A stretch of DNA of 64,000 nt, taken from NCBI RefSeq assembly GCF_018977255.1, contig NW_024704742.1, positions 38,628,001-38,692,000 on the forward strand. The letters run 5' to 3'. The stretch comes from Callorhinchus milii. Lineage: Eukaryota. Below, in pieces: positions 35,853-54,639 of the stretch. Position numbers and translations under genes: made by a program. Below the pieces are notes generated by a model. That model had not been told where the DNA came from. It saw only the letters and a program-made list of their open reading frames with translations, and did no database searches. Every line of letters begins with the position of its first letter. The stretch's first letter is position 1.

Positions 35853-37544
35853 GTATCTATATGGATCTTTTGAACCCCGTAAACTACACTCTGTTTTGCT
35901 GTAAAGGATTTTGGTACAAAAACTTCTAAAAGACTGATGTCAAAACCCATGACCCAACGGAATTTCGATCCCATAGTGAGCAGCGTGCCGGGTGGTTGGG
36001 AGAGCGGTCACCCCTGAGTTTAACAACAATGCCTCAAAGTCACTCTTCAAAAGCAGTGGTTAGTTCCAAGTTAATTGTTACCTTGACAATCTTTCTAGCA
36101 TACAAAATCAATTTTGCTAGAGCAAACGAAACTCTGAGGAGGTGCATAGCAGATTGAATGTGTCAGAGGATTGGGCCTGCATTGGTAGATAAGACTCCTA
36201 AAATAGTTTGGACTATTTGCATATTATACAAAGTTTAATCTTTTTTGGGTGCCAATTTCTCCCCTCCTGAAGGCATGGACCCACGCAAAGGAACACAATG
36301 ACCTACCAGCTGCCCTCGGGGGGAATGCTTCTTGTGTGCCTTCACAAGAGTTAAAGGTCCCACAGTTTGAAAAGAGAAGTTTTCCCTGGTGTCCTGGGCC
36401 AACATTTTCCAGATAAATTGGTCATTCATCTCATGGCTGTTTGTAATAATCCTTGCTTTTAAAATAACTCCTTATCACATTGTCGAGACGTCTCAAAGTG
36501 CTTCCCACGATAATCTGCATAATGGTGTTACTGTGTTTATTTTGTGGGTGAATGTGGCAGCCAGTTTGTGCAAAGCAATGCCTCACAAACAGTGAGGAAG
36601 TGAGTGACCAATTTTATTTGGGTGGGGGGGTGGTGCAGGATTGTTGGCTGTGACAAAAGGAGTAACTCCCTTCTCCTTTCGAATGGGATCTTTAATGTCC
36701 ACCTGGACAAGCAATCAGGACCTGGGTTTAACGTCTCATCTGAAGGACAGCACCTCCGTCAATGCAACAACCCCCAGCACTGCAAATGGTACATCATCTT
36801 CGATTATATAGGTTCCAAATCCCAACCTGGGGCCTTGCTGGTGTAAAATGGCTTCTGGGTTTGCCTGCAAAATCAGTCACTATAATCGACTATAAAATAT
36901 GAAGATTTAAACTATTACTGTAAAGTGCTTCAAGACATTTCAGGGTGAGAGCATTATAAAATGAAAGTTCTTTCTTTCTGCCATGACAGTCCACAGGCAA
37001 TTCAATTGTGGAGGCATCAAATCCAACACTGGCCAGCCAGTTGGTGGCCCTGAGAAGGAGTCCTAGCTTACTTCTCTCTTGATCCTGGGCATTCAAGCTA
37101 AATACAGAGGCCTGGATTTCATCCCACAATCTTCCGTGTCCGTATGACTTAGTGCTATACCACGCTTTTACCCATTAAGCCATGGGGAAATGAACTCCCA
37201 ACCTGTTTGTGAAATGTATTACAGGAAGCTTGTGTATGTTACCAATATTGCTGTGTTTACACAGTAGATAATAGTAATAAAAAATTGATGTGTCCGTTTA
37301 TTAGGTCCTTTGTTTCCCTTTAATCATGAACAACAGTTAGTAGCCACTGTCAAGCCTGTCTCATCCACAAACCAGGACAATTCATTGTGGATTCTACCCC
37401 ACCCTCCAATTTTATGCCCTGTGGTAAAGTTCTGCATTATAATAATAATCCTTACATTTGTACTGTGTTGTGAACCTTACATTTGATAAGAGCGCCTTAT
37501 CACATCTTCGAGACATCTCAAAGCGCTTCACAGAACATTCTGTA

Positions 37545-38411
37545 AACAGAATGTCTGTCAGACATGAAGTCCTGGATGAAAGCTAAATTTCTTCAGTTGA
37601 ACGTCAACAAGACTGAGGATCTCCTGAATGGCTCCCGTCAGCGCCTCCACACTTCAGGCGCTGACAGCATCTCCGTCCACGGTTGCACACTCCACCTTTC
37701 TAAGCCAATCCGGAACCTTGGTATCTTGTTTGACCCTCAACTATCCTTTGTACCCCACATCCGTGCCATCGCCCGTCTCCACCACTGTCTCACACCGCAG
37801 GTCACCGAAACCCTCATACACGCATTCATAACATCGAGGCTTGACTATGCAAACTCCTTGCTTGTTGGCCTCCCCAACTGCTCGCTCCATAATTTGCAGA
37901 TCATTCAGAACTCTGCAGCTCGTGTCCGCTCCCGCACCAGGCTCCGTGACCCTATCACCCCTATCCTCGCCTGACTCCACTGGCTTCCCATCACACAGAG
38001 GATACAGTTCAAGATTCTGGCCCTCACCTTCAAAGCTCTCCCTGGTCTTGCTCCTCCCTATTTCTGCGACTTCCTAACCCTTTAACATCCTGCCCGCTCC
38101 CTCTATTGAGCGGGCTCAGGCCTGCTTCACATCCCCTGCCTCGCCAATGGTGGGCGGGCTTTGTGCCACTCTGCCCCACCTTCTGGAACTCCATCCTGCA
38201 GTCCCTCCACCTCGCCCCTCCCTTGCCTCCTTCAAGACCCATCTCAAGACCTTCCTCTTTGACCGTGCTTTCGATCACCATGCTTCCCCCCCCTGCCTTC
38301 CACCCTCCCCGATCCCGACCCCCAGCTCAGGTCCGAAACACTGACTGTCCAGCGTCTTGGGACGTCCTCCTGACTTGAAAGGTGCTATACAAATGTAATT
38401 TTGTTGTTGTT
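37545..38411 (+). mobile_element. L2 LINE 3' fragment
   Basis: ORF 37564-37974 (KSWMKAKFLQLNVNKTE..SRLDYANSLL); (TTG)n tail. Confidence 0.9.
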
Positions 38412-38700
38412 GTAAAGTGAATTGACTGTGTATTTTGTGAGCGAATTGCGCATAGCAGTGTCCCATAAACAGTTGTGGATAGTGACCAAATTGTTATTTA
38501 ATTAAAAAAATCATTGTTTTGAAGGGATTATTACCCCCGGAAAAGCAATCCGCCAACAACTGGGCACCTACTTACTGCAACGTAAACAGAGATGTGTAGA
38601 GTAAGGAAACTTGCCTAATGTTTTCCTTTGCCTGGGAATTGAACCCAGGTCTTCTCACTTGCGGGGCAAGTGCTCTAACCACTGAACTACAGGACTCCAC
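38412..38700 (-). mobile_element. tRNA-SINE (long variant), interrupted by L2
   Basis: Head at 38640-38700; probable 3' part at ~37480-37545. Confidence 0.8.
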
Positions 38701-38870
38701 AAATGATCCCCCCCAAATAAATAAGTAATACTCCATCTCCACAACTCCACCCTGGTCTGTTGTCTGCTTAAGGGGGGAGAGCCTTGTGCTGCTTTCAGAC
38801 ATCCTCCTGTATCAGAAACATCCTACTGTGCCTCTAGTGCCATCTCCAGCCAGTATGAGAAAATAATATT

Positions 38871-39920
38871 TATATACACACTGATTGATCACAGGTACAC
38901 ACACACTCACTGATCACAGATATACACACACTCACTGATCACAGTTTTACACACTCACTGATCACAGGTACACACTTACTCACTGATCACAGTTATACAC
39001 ACACACTGATTACAGATATACACCATCACTGATCACAGATATACACACTCATTGATCACAGGTACACACACACAATCACAGTTATACACACTCACTGATC
39101 ACAGATATACACACTCACTGATCACAGATATACACATTCACTGATCACAGATATACACTCATTGATCACAGGTACACACACACAATCACAGTTATACACA
39201 CTCACTGATCACAGATATACACACTCACTGATCACAGATATACACACTCACTGATCACAGATATACACACTCACTGATCACAGATATACACTCATTGATC
39301 ACAGGTACACACACACAATCACAGTTATATACACTCACTGATCACAGATATACACACTCACTGATCACAGATATACACACTCACTGATCACAGATATACA
39401 CACTCACTGATCACAGATATACACACTCACTGATCACAGATATACACCATCATTGATCACAGATATACACTCATTGATCACAGGTACACACACACAATCA
39501 CAGTTATACACACTCACTGATCACAGATATACACACTCACTGATCACAGATATACACACTCACTGATCACAGATATACACACTCACTGATCACAGATATA
39601 CACCATCATTGATCACAGATATACACTCATTGATCACAGGTACACACACACAATCACAGTTATACACACTCATTGATCACAGGTACACACACTCACTGAT
39701 CACAGATATACACACTCACTGATCACAGATATACACACTCAATGATTACAGGTACACACACACAATCACAGTTATACACCCACTCACTGATCACAGGTAC
39801 ACAGAAATTCACTGATCACAGATACACACACACTCACTAATCATAGTTACACACACACTCACTGATCACAGGTACAGACCCACTCACTGATCACAGGTAC
39901 ACACTCCTCACCTCACTGAT
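38871..39920. repeat. 23-bp tandem repeat (CTCACTGATCACAGATATACACA) with higher-order variants
   Basis: ~1 kb array directly visible. Confidence 0.97.
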
Positions 39921-41239
39921 GACATGGTCCCCTCTCCGCTAATGGGCATACAACCTGAGAGACCTGAACTGAAATAACGTCCATTAGAAAATGTCAAAAG
40001 TAGCCTCAGTGTCTCCTGCAGATCCCAATGGCTTCAGTGAGGCTGTGTCCCCAGTGCTGTCCTCTGGCTCTGGCAGTCAGGGAGTTGTTGTGGATGTGGC
40101 TCTGATCCTCACTGGACACCAGAAACAATCCCCAGTAACAGCTGTGGAACCCACATTCATAAGATGCAGCTCAGGTCAGTTATAGCATCTCACAGAGAGC
40201 ACAAGCTGCTGATCTCAAAATCAGCCTCAAAACAGTAGTTTGTCACAAATTCCACATTCACTTCGACTTCTTGAATCCCAAAGACTGAGGTTTATTCTCT
40301 GCCCATTAACCAACCGGCTTGAATTGTGCAAGTTAGCCTGATGTCAGTAAGACAGCGCTGGCCTATCTTTCCCAGTCAACCCAAGTCCCATCGCTCTCTC
40401 TGCCCAATAACTTTAAGACCTAAACCCCCATCTCCTGGCTAAAGCTCCTGCTGTATTCCTTATCTAACAGATGTAGTCTTATTAATTGTCCTCATTCACC
40501 ATTTCTCCCGACATCGCCTGCACTTTCTTTTTTGTACTCTTTCTAATTCTAATATTAATACTGCTACTGGGTGTTGGTGTTTCTACTGTTTGATCAGGAG
40601 AAATGAGGGAAAACTCAATAAAGGGAGCAGTGCGCAGTGTAATACACTATTTGACTTTTCCCCTGTAATATTTTAAACTGCCCTTTGGTATTCTCAGCCT
40701 GTCCCTATTTCGGCAACTGATTTTATTTTACATTTGGAACGTGCTTGCTTGGTCCTTGTTCATACAAAGTGGTCAAGGATCGGTTTGTTGTCTTGCATAT
40801 TGTTTTTCTAAACATATAAATATGTAAACACGTAAACAATGTAGTTTTCTACGATACTTGTCCTGATATAACGGCCTTGCTCCCTGTGATCTCTTCTCTT
40901 GTTCCCAACTCTGAGTCTGGAACAGGGTGATCTGGTCTTCAGCTCCTCCAGTGGCAACACTAGACAGTTTGTGCTCAGAAAGTTGTTTCTGGCTCTTGTC
41001 ATCTTTAATAATTGGAACATTTAGAAACACATTGAAGAAGAAAATGTTTTTTTTTCCCCTTTTTTTAATTAAAATCGCAAAGAGAATTTCTCGCGTTTAC
41101 AAATCTGCTGATCGCTTTCCAATTATTTTCGATGTATCCGTTTCAAAACTAAACGTTTACTCTCTGTGCCTTTAAGTGTTGTTTGGTCCACGTTCAAACT
41201 TTACATTTGAATACAATGTTTAAAGGAAGCTTTAGAATA

Positions 41240-41470
41240 AACTAGAAATAAACTGCTGTATATTACAATATACACAATGAACTTATTTACAATCTATATA
41301 ATGAACTTTATTATAATCTAAATAACTATATTACAATTTATATAATAAACTGTATTACAATCTATAAACCAAAATAAAATATACACAATAAACTATAATC
41401 TACACAATAAATGATATAATCTATACAATAGCCCACACTATAATCTACATCAGTCTATATAACTATATTT
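41240..41470. repeat. Degenerate AT-rich tandem repeat (ACAATCTATATAATAAACT-like)
   Basis: Recurrent tacaat/ataaact motifs. Confidence 0.6.
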
Positions 41471-41592
41471 CGCCCGCAAAACAGTCACACTTTACAGTAC
41501 AGTCTGTGAAGCGCTTTGAGGTGTCTGGAAAACGTGATAAGGCTCTGTATCAAATGGAAGGTTATTACTATATTATAAAGTATATTACAATA

Positions 41593-41886
41593 ACAATCCT
41601 TGCAACAATCCTTCTCGACGTCCCAAAGCGCTTCACAGAACACACTGTAAATTGAATTGACTGTATATTTGTGGGCGAACGCGGCAGCCAATTGCGCACA
41701 GCAATGTCCCACAAACAGTCGTGGATTGAAAATGACCAATTTATTATTGTTTTTGGTTTTGGAGGGATTATTATTAGGCTCTGTGTGGAGTAAGGAAACT
41801 TGCCCAAGGTTTCGCCCTCTGCCTGGAATTGAACTCAGGTCTCTCACTTGCAAAGCGAGTGCTCTAACCACTGAGCTGCAGGACTC
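41593..41886 (-). mobile_element. Young tRNA-SINE just upstream of the OSTC promoter
   Basis: Colinear with family, small deletion in the tail. Confidence 0.9.
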
Positions 41887-41989
41887 AGTATTGCGATCTA
41901 CAGGACAACACACAGATCACCCATGTGATCACCCATGATGCTCCGGGGGGGCAGGTGTAACCATAGTGATGGGGTGTTCCCGTGTGTGT

Positions 41990-42197
41990 GTGTGTATCAC
42001 CAGCTACAGGAGGCATCGCAATGCCACGGCCACAGACACTTCCGGCCACGCAGCTCAGCGAGGATCGGAGGCGGAGCCGGCCTGCGTCATTTCCTGCACA
42101 CGTGTCGCTCCGGACAGGAAGTTGGAGCCGGGGCCGCCGCGTCGACACGGCTCGGGGAGGGGGCGGGGCTTGTGGAAAGGAAGTGACGTGTGCAGTG
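41990..42197 (+). promoter_or_regulatory. OSTC CpG-island, TATA-less promoter
   Basis: Several ETS cores (CACTTCCGG, CAGGAAGT), ETS-CRE composite GGAAGTGACG 42179-42188, E-box CACGTG, GC box GGGGCGGGG. Confidence 0.8.
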
Positions 42198-48305
<6,108 letters not shown>

Positions 48306-48429
48306 AAGTTGTCAAATCAGAGGAGCCCAAGCCAGAGTGTCCAGCATTAAAGAAAACAATCAAAAATTGTTTTAACAAAACGTTTTATGTTGTAAAGTCC
48401 GGATGCAGGAACCATTTGTAAAGGAACAC

Positions 48430-48435
48430 AATAAA
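48430..48435 (+). terminator. OSTC polyA signal AATAAA
   Basis: Canonical hexamer 125 nt after the stop. Confidence 0.7.
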
Positions 48436-49379
48436 TACATTTTTACATCATTTGTAGTTAAATGTGATATAGCTTCATTACTTGTTGTGAGCTGGTTCCG
48501 CTTCACTGTAAAATGCTACCAAGTCATTATTCTGGTAATATGTTGCTGATTGATGATCAATAGATTTTATAAGTGAATAGGACCAGTGAGCTGATATTTT
48601 GAATAGTACAAGAGTTTTAATGAGAGAGAGTTGAAAATGATACGTATCGAATTGTGTACATGTACCACATTGATCTGTGTGAACTCCACTCGGACACGGT
48701 CTCCTTCCTTCCTCTGAACTGAATCTGCATGATCCATATACGATTACCGACAAGGATTCAATCTTTACAACTACTGAAAGCCAGGTCAATTATAGTCTTT
48801 AAAAGGCAATTAGACAAACAGTGAAACACAGTGGAGTTGTGTTTGGGATCCATAAATTCCCACCATGTAATAAGAGTGGGACATGATTTACATAAGGTTG
48901 TACAGCACAGAAACAGACCATTTGGCCCAACCAGTCTGAGATGGTGGTTTCACTGTGAACATGTGCGGGTGGCTGATTCAATCTCTGAGCGTTGTCTGGC
49001 CAAAAAGAAAAATTTATAACTTCTGGGTCATTAGATTACCCCACCATTGCTTCCTGTTTGCTGCACACGAGCAAGGCAAGAACAGGAAGTCAGGTTGGCA
49101 GTGACCTGATAAACCAAAGTCAGCCTTTTTTTTTAGGGGTTAAAATGGCTGACTTCCAAATAATGAAGTGACTGGCAACACCATCTCTTGCTTTGCACAT
49201 GTGCAACAAAGCAGGAATTGATGACAACAACCTAATGACCCCAAAGTTGGCCATTTTAGCATGAAAACTGGCCACCGTATGGGACATGAGCAGGGTGACT
49301 GGATTGAGAGGTTCACAGTGCAACTGCATATTAACCTGGGCCAATAGAAAAGTGCGGCTGCAATTTTTCCATGGAATCC

Positions 49380-49835
49380 GCTACAAGCACCCCCTCCGCT
49401 TACAAACAAAGCCTCCAGTACAAACACACCCTCCACCACAAACAAACCTTCCGCCAAAAACACCCCCTCCACGACAAACATCCTCTGCTACAAACACCCC
49501 ATCTGTCAAGTCAGTAGGATATTCCAAGTTGCTGGACAATGAGGGGTTTGCACCTGAGCTGCGGGTTGGAATCAGAAAAGGGTGAAGGGCAAGAGGGGCA
49601 GAGGAGAGAAGATGACTGAAAGCATAGACGAGCTGAGAGTTGGGATCAGAGAGGGTTGGAGGGCAAGTGAAGCTGCCAGATCTTGAGGTGTGTAGGCACT
49701 GACGGAGCCGATTAGGAGAGCCTCTGTCTTGTCGACATTCAACTGTAGGAAATTGCCTCTCATCCAAGACTTAATGTCTGACAGACAATCCGTCAGAACA
49801 ACAGTGGTCCTGGAGTCGAAGATGGAGACAAAGTG
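49380..49835 (-). mobile_element. Internally deleted L2 derivative with degenerate 18-bp minisatellite tail (copy 1)
   Basis: FLQLNVDKTEALLIGS joined directly to L2 3'UTR; tail of CTACAAACACCCCCTCCT-like units. Confidence 0.7.
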
Positions 49836-50159
49836 CATCTGCATTGAAACCAAATTATACAAGGGAAAGCAGGAGCTGAAATGTGGCTCTAATAACCCTG
49901 GTGGTGTAACACAGGGTGTGAACTGTTTCAAAAAGTGGGAAGATTTATTTTTGTGAAGTATCTAAAATTGTATCTATAACCATACCTACGTCACCATCTT
50001 TAAATCTTGTAAAGTGCTTCGAGCCATTCTTTTATGGGAAAGGCATTATGTATATAAATTGAGTTGTAGCAGCTTCAGATTTGTAAGTAGAAAGGGGAAA
50101 GCAAAATAGCCAGGTAGAGCATTTTAGTTTCATCATGGAGCAACGTCCAATATTTAAGC

Positions 50160-50630
50160 AAAATACAAAATATTGCAGATGCTGGAAATCTGAAAACAAA
50201 CACAGAAGTCGCTGGGAACACTCAGCAGGTCAGGCAGCATCTATGGAGAAAGGAAAGTGAGTCAACGTCAACAAAAAGGGGTGGTGGTGGGGAGAAAGAA
50301 CTTGCAACAAAAAAAAAGCATCATCTTTGCCCCAGACACACCTTTTCTCTCCCTGATCTGCCTTTTTTGTTACAAGTTCTTTTTTCCTCCCCTTTTTTGT
50401 TCCGCTTCATTAACACCTCTTTAACCCATCATCCCCTGTCTCCTACCCCATTTTCTCCTTTGTCTTCCTTGTCCTGCCTCCCCACTCTCTGTTGGTCCTT
50501 AAAAGCCTCTCCCTCCCAACATACCCCAGTTCTGACGAAAGGTTGTGGCCCCGAAACATTGACTCACTTTCCTTTCTCCATAGATGCTGCCTGACCTGCT
50601 GAGTGTTCCCAGTGACTTCTGTTTTTGTTA
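50160..50630. mobile_element. Non-autonomous Penelope-like element: inverted pLTR arms, hammerhead motif, 14-bp TSD
   Basis: 74-bp inverted repeats 50195-50268 / 50556-50629; CTGACGA..GAAAC core at 50532-50557; flanking TCCAATATTTAAGC (50146-50159) / TCCACTATTTAAGC (50631-50644). Confidence 0.8.
50526..50566 (+). ncRNA. Minimal type-I hammerhead ribozyme motif (probably mutated)
   Basis: AGTT-CTGACGA-AAGGTTGTGGCCCC-GAAAC-ATT-GACT; the inverted copy retains ACGTTGAC, implying ancestral GAAACGTT. Confidence 0.6.
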
Positions 50631-50947
50631 TCCACTATTTAAGCCCCCAGTGGCCAAATGGATAGCCATACTAGCCACCCAAAATACAGCACAGGAGTAC
50701 TCAGCTTAGTAGATCAGTAGGTATCAGGTTTAAATGTATTTTTCAAGATGTTGCAATGTTCTGTGATTTTATAGGAATCTTGATCCACAATGTTTTGGCC
50801 GGGAGGTTCTGTGTCACACTTGTATTTAAAAAACGTTCAAAAGACTTCCCAAATATAAGGAGAACTGATCCCGATGTGAAAGGTGCCATATAAATGGATT
50901 TATTTTGTGGTTGTTCCTAACTTTGATTGACTCGACAATAATGACTT

Positions 50948-51425
50948 CACTACAAACATCCCCTCCTCTACAAACATCCCCTCCTCTACAAACAACCCCC
51001 TCCTCTACAAACGCCCCTCCTCTACAAATGCCCCCTCCTCTACAAACGCCCCCTCCTCTACAAACACCCCCTCCTCTACAAACACCCCCTCCTCTACAAA
51101 CACCCCCTCCACTACAACCACCCACTTCACCATAAACACCCCTTCTGCTAAAAATACCCCCTCTGCTACAAACATGCCCTCCACTACTAACACCCACTCT
51201 GTCATGTCAATAGGACATCCCAAGGTGCTTGAGAATGAGACATTTGCACCTGAGCTGCCGGTTGGGATCAGAAAGGGGTGAAGGATATGAGGGGCAGAGG
51301 AGGGAAGATGACTGAAGGCATGGACGAGCTGTGGATTGGGATCAGAGAGGGATGGAGGACAAGTGAAGCTGCCAGATCCTGAGGTGAGGAGGCGCTGGCG
51401 GGAGCCAATCAGGAGAGCTTGTGTC
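50948..51425 (-). mobile_element. Internally deleted L2 derivative with 18-bp minisatellite tail (copy 2)
   Basis: Colinear with 49500-49720; array of CTACAAACACCCCCTCCT units 50948-51195. Confidence 0.75.
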
Positions 51426-52179
51426 CTCTCCTGGGGCACAAGAATATATCATCTCAGGGACATTTTTTAACGCAAGCAGTTGCCTTTTTTTGTGCCCCAC
51501 TCACCAAAAAATACACCGTCAATCCACTTTACAGTATATCCTGTGAAGCGCTTTGAGACATCTCAACGATGTGATAGATGCTATATCAAATACAGGAATA
51601 ATTATTATTATTAAAACTGAACATAATGTTTCAGGTGTGGTTTGTTCCTGATGTGAAAGATGCCATACAAATTGATTTTTTGTTGTTGATTGAGTCCCCT
51701 ATAATGCAAGTTCCTCAGAAAAACAATTAAGATATAACTTTGCCAAAATTGCTAATAGCAGCAGCCAGAAGAGAACACAATGACCTTGGCCCTTATTTAC
51801 CTTTGCAATAAATAATTGTAATAAAAAGAGACAGGGTGCTGTCTGACAGTAGCACAGCACCAGAAAAAATCATTAAACCCAGGAGAAACTCGGGGAAAAA
51901 AATGAATAATATTGTATCAGCAGTACTGAATGATAGTAATACTGGAAGATCATAAGGTTCCCAGTTTAGCATGTCACTCAGAGAGAAAAATAGTGTACCT
52001 ATCAAATTGCATTTAATGATCGGGCAAAGCACGCCAGGGTTCACAAGAGTTACTGGGTGCAATGCTCCCAGTTCCCTGAAATCTCGTGTCATCCCTGTGT
52101 GTGTGGAAATACTGTACTGAATAGCTGCCTGAAATGTATTTGTTTTCTCAAGATAGCACATTGTGACTGATGCTTCCCA

Positions 52180-52505
52180 GGATAGAGAAACTATTTCCTC
52201 TGGTGAGGGAATCCAGAACAAGTGGTATAATTTTAAGATTAGAGCTAAGCCGTTTAGGAGTGAAGTTAGGAGGCAGTTATTCACCCAAAGGGTAGTGGAA
52301 ATCTAGAACTCTCTCCCCCAAAAGGCTGTGGATGTTAGATCCATTCACATGGTCAAGACTAAGGTGGATAGATATTTATTCGGTCAGGGTATTAAGGGAT
52401 ACAGGCAGGTAATTGGAGTTGAGATACAGATCAGCCATAATCTTATAGAATGGCGGAACAGGCTTGAAGAGCTGAATCGCCTACTCCTGTTCCTATGTTT
52501 CTATG
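52180..52505 (+). mobile_element. CR1 LINE 3' end
   Basis: FRSEVRRQLFTQRVVEI.NSLPQ; tail TTCCTATGTTCTATG. Confidence 0.8.
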
Positions 52506-52756
52506 CTACTCAGAGCTGAGAATCTCAGGGAAAGGTTAGCAGTCAGATGCACGATCAGCAAAAATGACAGAGATAGCAAAGGATTTTAAAAAATGCATTG
52601 TTTTTGACGCATATCGAAGATTCCGCGGTTGTGACCTCATGTGAGCAAGATTTTGCGACTGGTGTGGCTCACACTGTTCATGAGTCACACACATGGCTCA
52701 GTACAAATCTAGGTTCGACGAAGTTGTCCAAGGGAAATCTCCTTAGAATTCAAAGG

Positions 52757-52773
52757 CACCACAAGATGGCGAT
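52757..52773 (+). promoter_or_regulatory. Possible CTCF/YY1-like motif CCACAAGATGGCG
   Basis: Resembles the CTCF core; lies in a mildly CpG-rich unique patch. Confidence 0.3.
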
Positions 52774-54268
52774 CTGAGACTGGTTTTATGCCACAGCTCC
52801 ATGTGATTCAGAGGATACAGCGCATCGCGACTCAGATTCACCATGGGTTCACTTATAGCGTAAATGTACTGTTGACCTGTGCAGGCTATACTGGAAGCAG
52901 TAAACCCAACCTCTGTTACCCTTCTGTTGCAACAACAACAATAACCTAACTCGTATATAGCGCCCTTCACATTGGAAAGATGTCCCAGAGCGCTGTTACC
53001 CCTTGTTTAACATGGGGTCTGATCTTACGGACCCAGACTATCGTGTTATAACGCTGAGCTGTCCAATACATTAAGCACTAGTCACTTATTGCGAATTAAG
53101 AATCCAGAGGCACTGAAACTGTATTTTTGATTAGTAAATAAAGAATGAGTAATCGACACTATCGTTGGGAATGTGATCTCAATATCCACATTCACATGTT
53201 GTATGCATGTGTACATTGACCTTTTTGTGCGTTTGATGGTAAACTGGTTAAACGAAAAGCAGTGTGTTGCTGATGGGATCTGCTGATGCTGCAATTTGGA
53301 AACATGACTGAGACCAACTCTGTGCTGAAAATGTGACAAAATGTCCTGACTGAGGGCCAATATCTGTTTTTGCGAATTGCAGCCTCCCAGCTGCTTTAGG
53401 GGCTCTCTATTACAGAAAGCAAGAATGTACATTTACTGCGTGTAGTGCCATATCGAATTGGAAAGTCTCATTACTGTCAAGTGTAGTGACTTTTTGTAAG
53501 GAAACATTGCATCTATTTGTGCCAGAAAAAACTGACATGTATTGAAATGGTCTTAAATTTTTCATCTCTGTCACTTTTGCTGGTTGTGTATCTCACTCCT
53601 AACATTTCTCTGAGATTCTCTGCTCTGAGGAACACTAGAAAGGATCAGTTACAATTTGCTGTCTTGAGAAAACAAATTTATTTTACAGAGCAAAAATTAT
53701 TCCTGAGTGTTGGGGTCTACATGTGAAAGAGAGAAAAAATAAAAGCAATCATTTTCTGTGAGAGATTAAGAACTGTGGGAAGAAAAAAACTTTCTAAATA
53801 TAGACTGAATGTAAACATTTTCCAGAATTCTGCATTATTCTAACTTTAATGATTATGGTCTTAAGGTTGAGACCATGAGATATGTTTGGTGGCTGCCTAA
53901 ACCTCGTGCAGTGTGACTCACGGGTTTCTGGAGAGGAGAGGAGAAAAGTGTAAGGAAAATTAAACACTGACAACAAAAGAAAACTCAAAGTCATAACTGT
54001 TTTTCTTGCAGAGCAATCTCTCCTGGCACCAACTCGGTGATTTGAAATCCGGGGTTTGGGGGAAAAAACAATTATTATAGCTGACAATCACAACCATACC
54101 CCTGTTTTCTGGAACTTGCTCTCGGTAAATTCCAGCAGTTTCCCAACGGACATTTTGGGGTTAAGATTTGGTCACTCAATCCACGACTGTCTGTGGGACA
54201 CTCCTGTGTGTATTTGGCTAACGCATTTCACTCACAAAATACACAGTCAATCCACTTTACAGTATGAA

Positions 54269-54582
54269 GTGGAGTCCTGTAGCTCAGTGGTTAGAGCACT
54301 CGCTTTGCAAGCAAGAGACTTGAGTTCAATTCCCGGCAGGGTGAAACCTTGGGCAAGTTTCCTTAATCCACATGCCTGACAATAACCCCTCAAAAAAACC
54401 CAATAATAAATGGTCATTTCAATCCACGACTGTTTGTGGGACACTGCTGTGCGCAATTGGCTGCCGCATTTCGCCCACAAATATACAGTCAATTCACTTT
54501 ACAGTCTATTCTGTGAAGCGCTTTGAGATGTCTAGAAGACGTGAAAAGCCCTACATCAAATGCAAGGATTATTATTATTATA
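54269..54582 (+). mobile_element. tRNA-SINE, full length
   Basis: A/B boxes, body, (TTA)n tail. Confidence 0.9.
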
Positions 54583-54639
54583 ATTATATCCTGTGAAGCA
54601 CTTAGAGATGTCTCAACGATGTGATAAGGCGTTATATCA

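Noticed and set aside
38871..39920. CRISPR-like regular array
   Set aside because: No unique spacers, eukaryotic context, no cas genes; it is a tandem satellite.
39908..40200. Minus-strand donor after ATG..TCA GTG AG|GTGAGG as an alternative VAMP8-like first exon
   Set aside because: The ATG frame ends in phase 2, incompatible with the phase-0 exon 2; the phase-0 frame has an upstream stop and no ATG.
33300..41500. RPL34, the human upstream neighbour of OSTC
   Set aside because: No RPL34-like peptide seen in the ORF track or by eye; very short exons could have been missed.
54269..54345. tRNA-Ala(TGC)-like gene (also at other SINE heads)
   Set aside because: Always continues into SINE body and tail; no proper acceptor stem or terminator.
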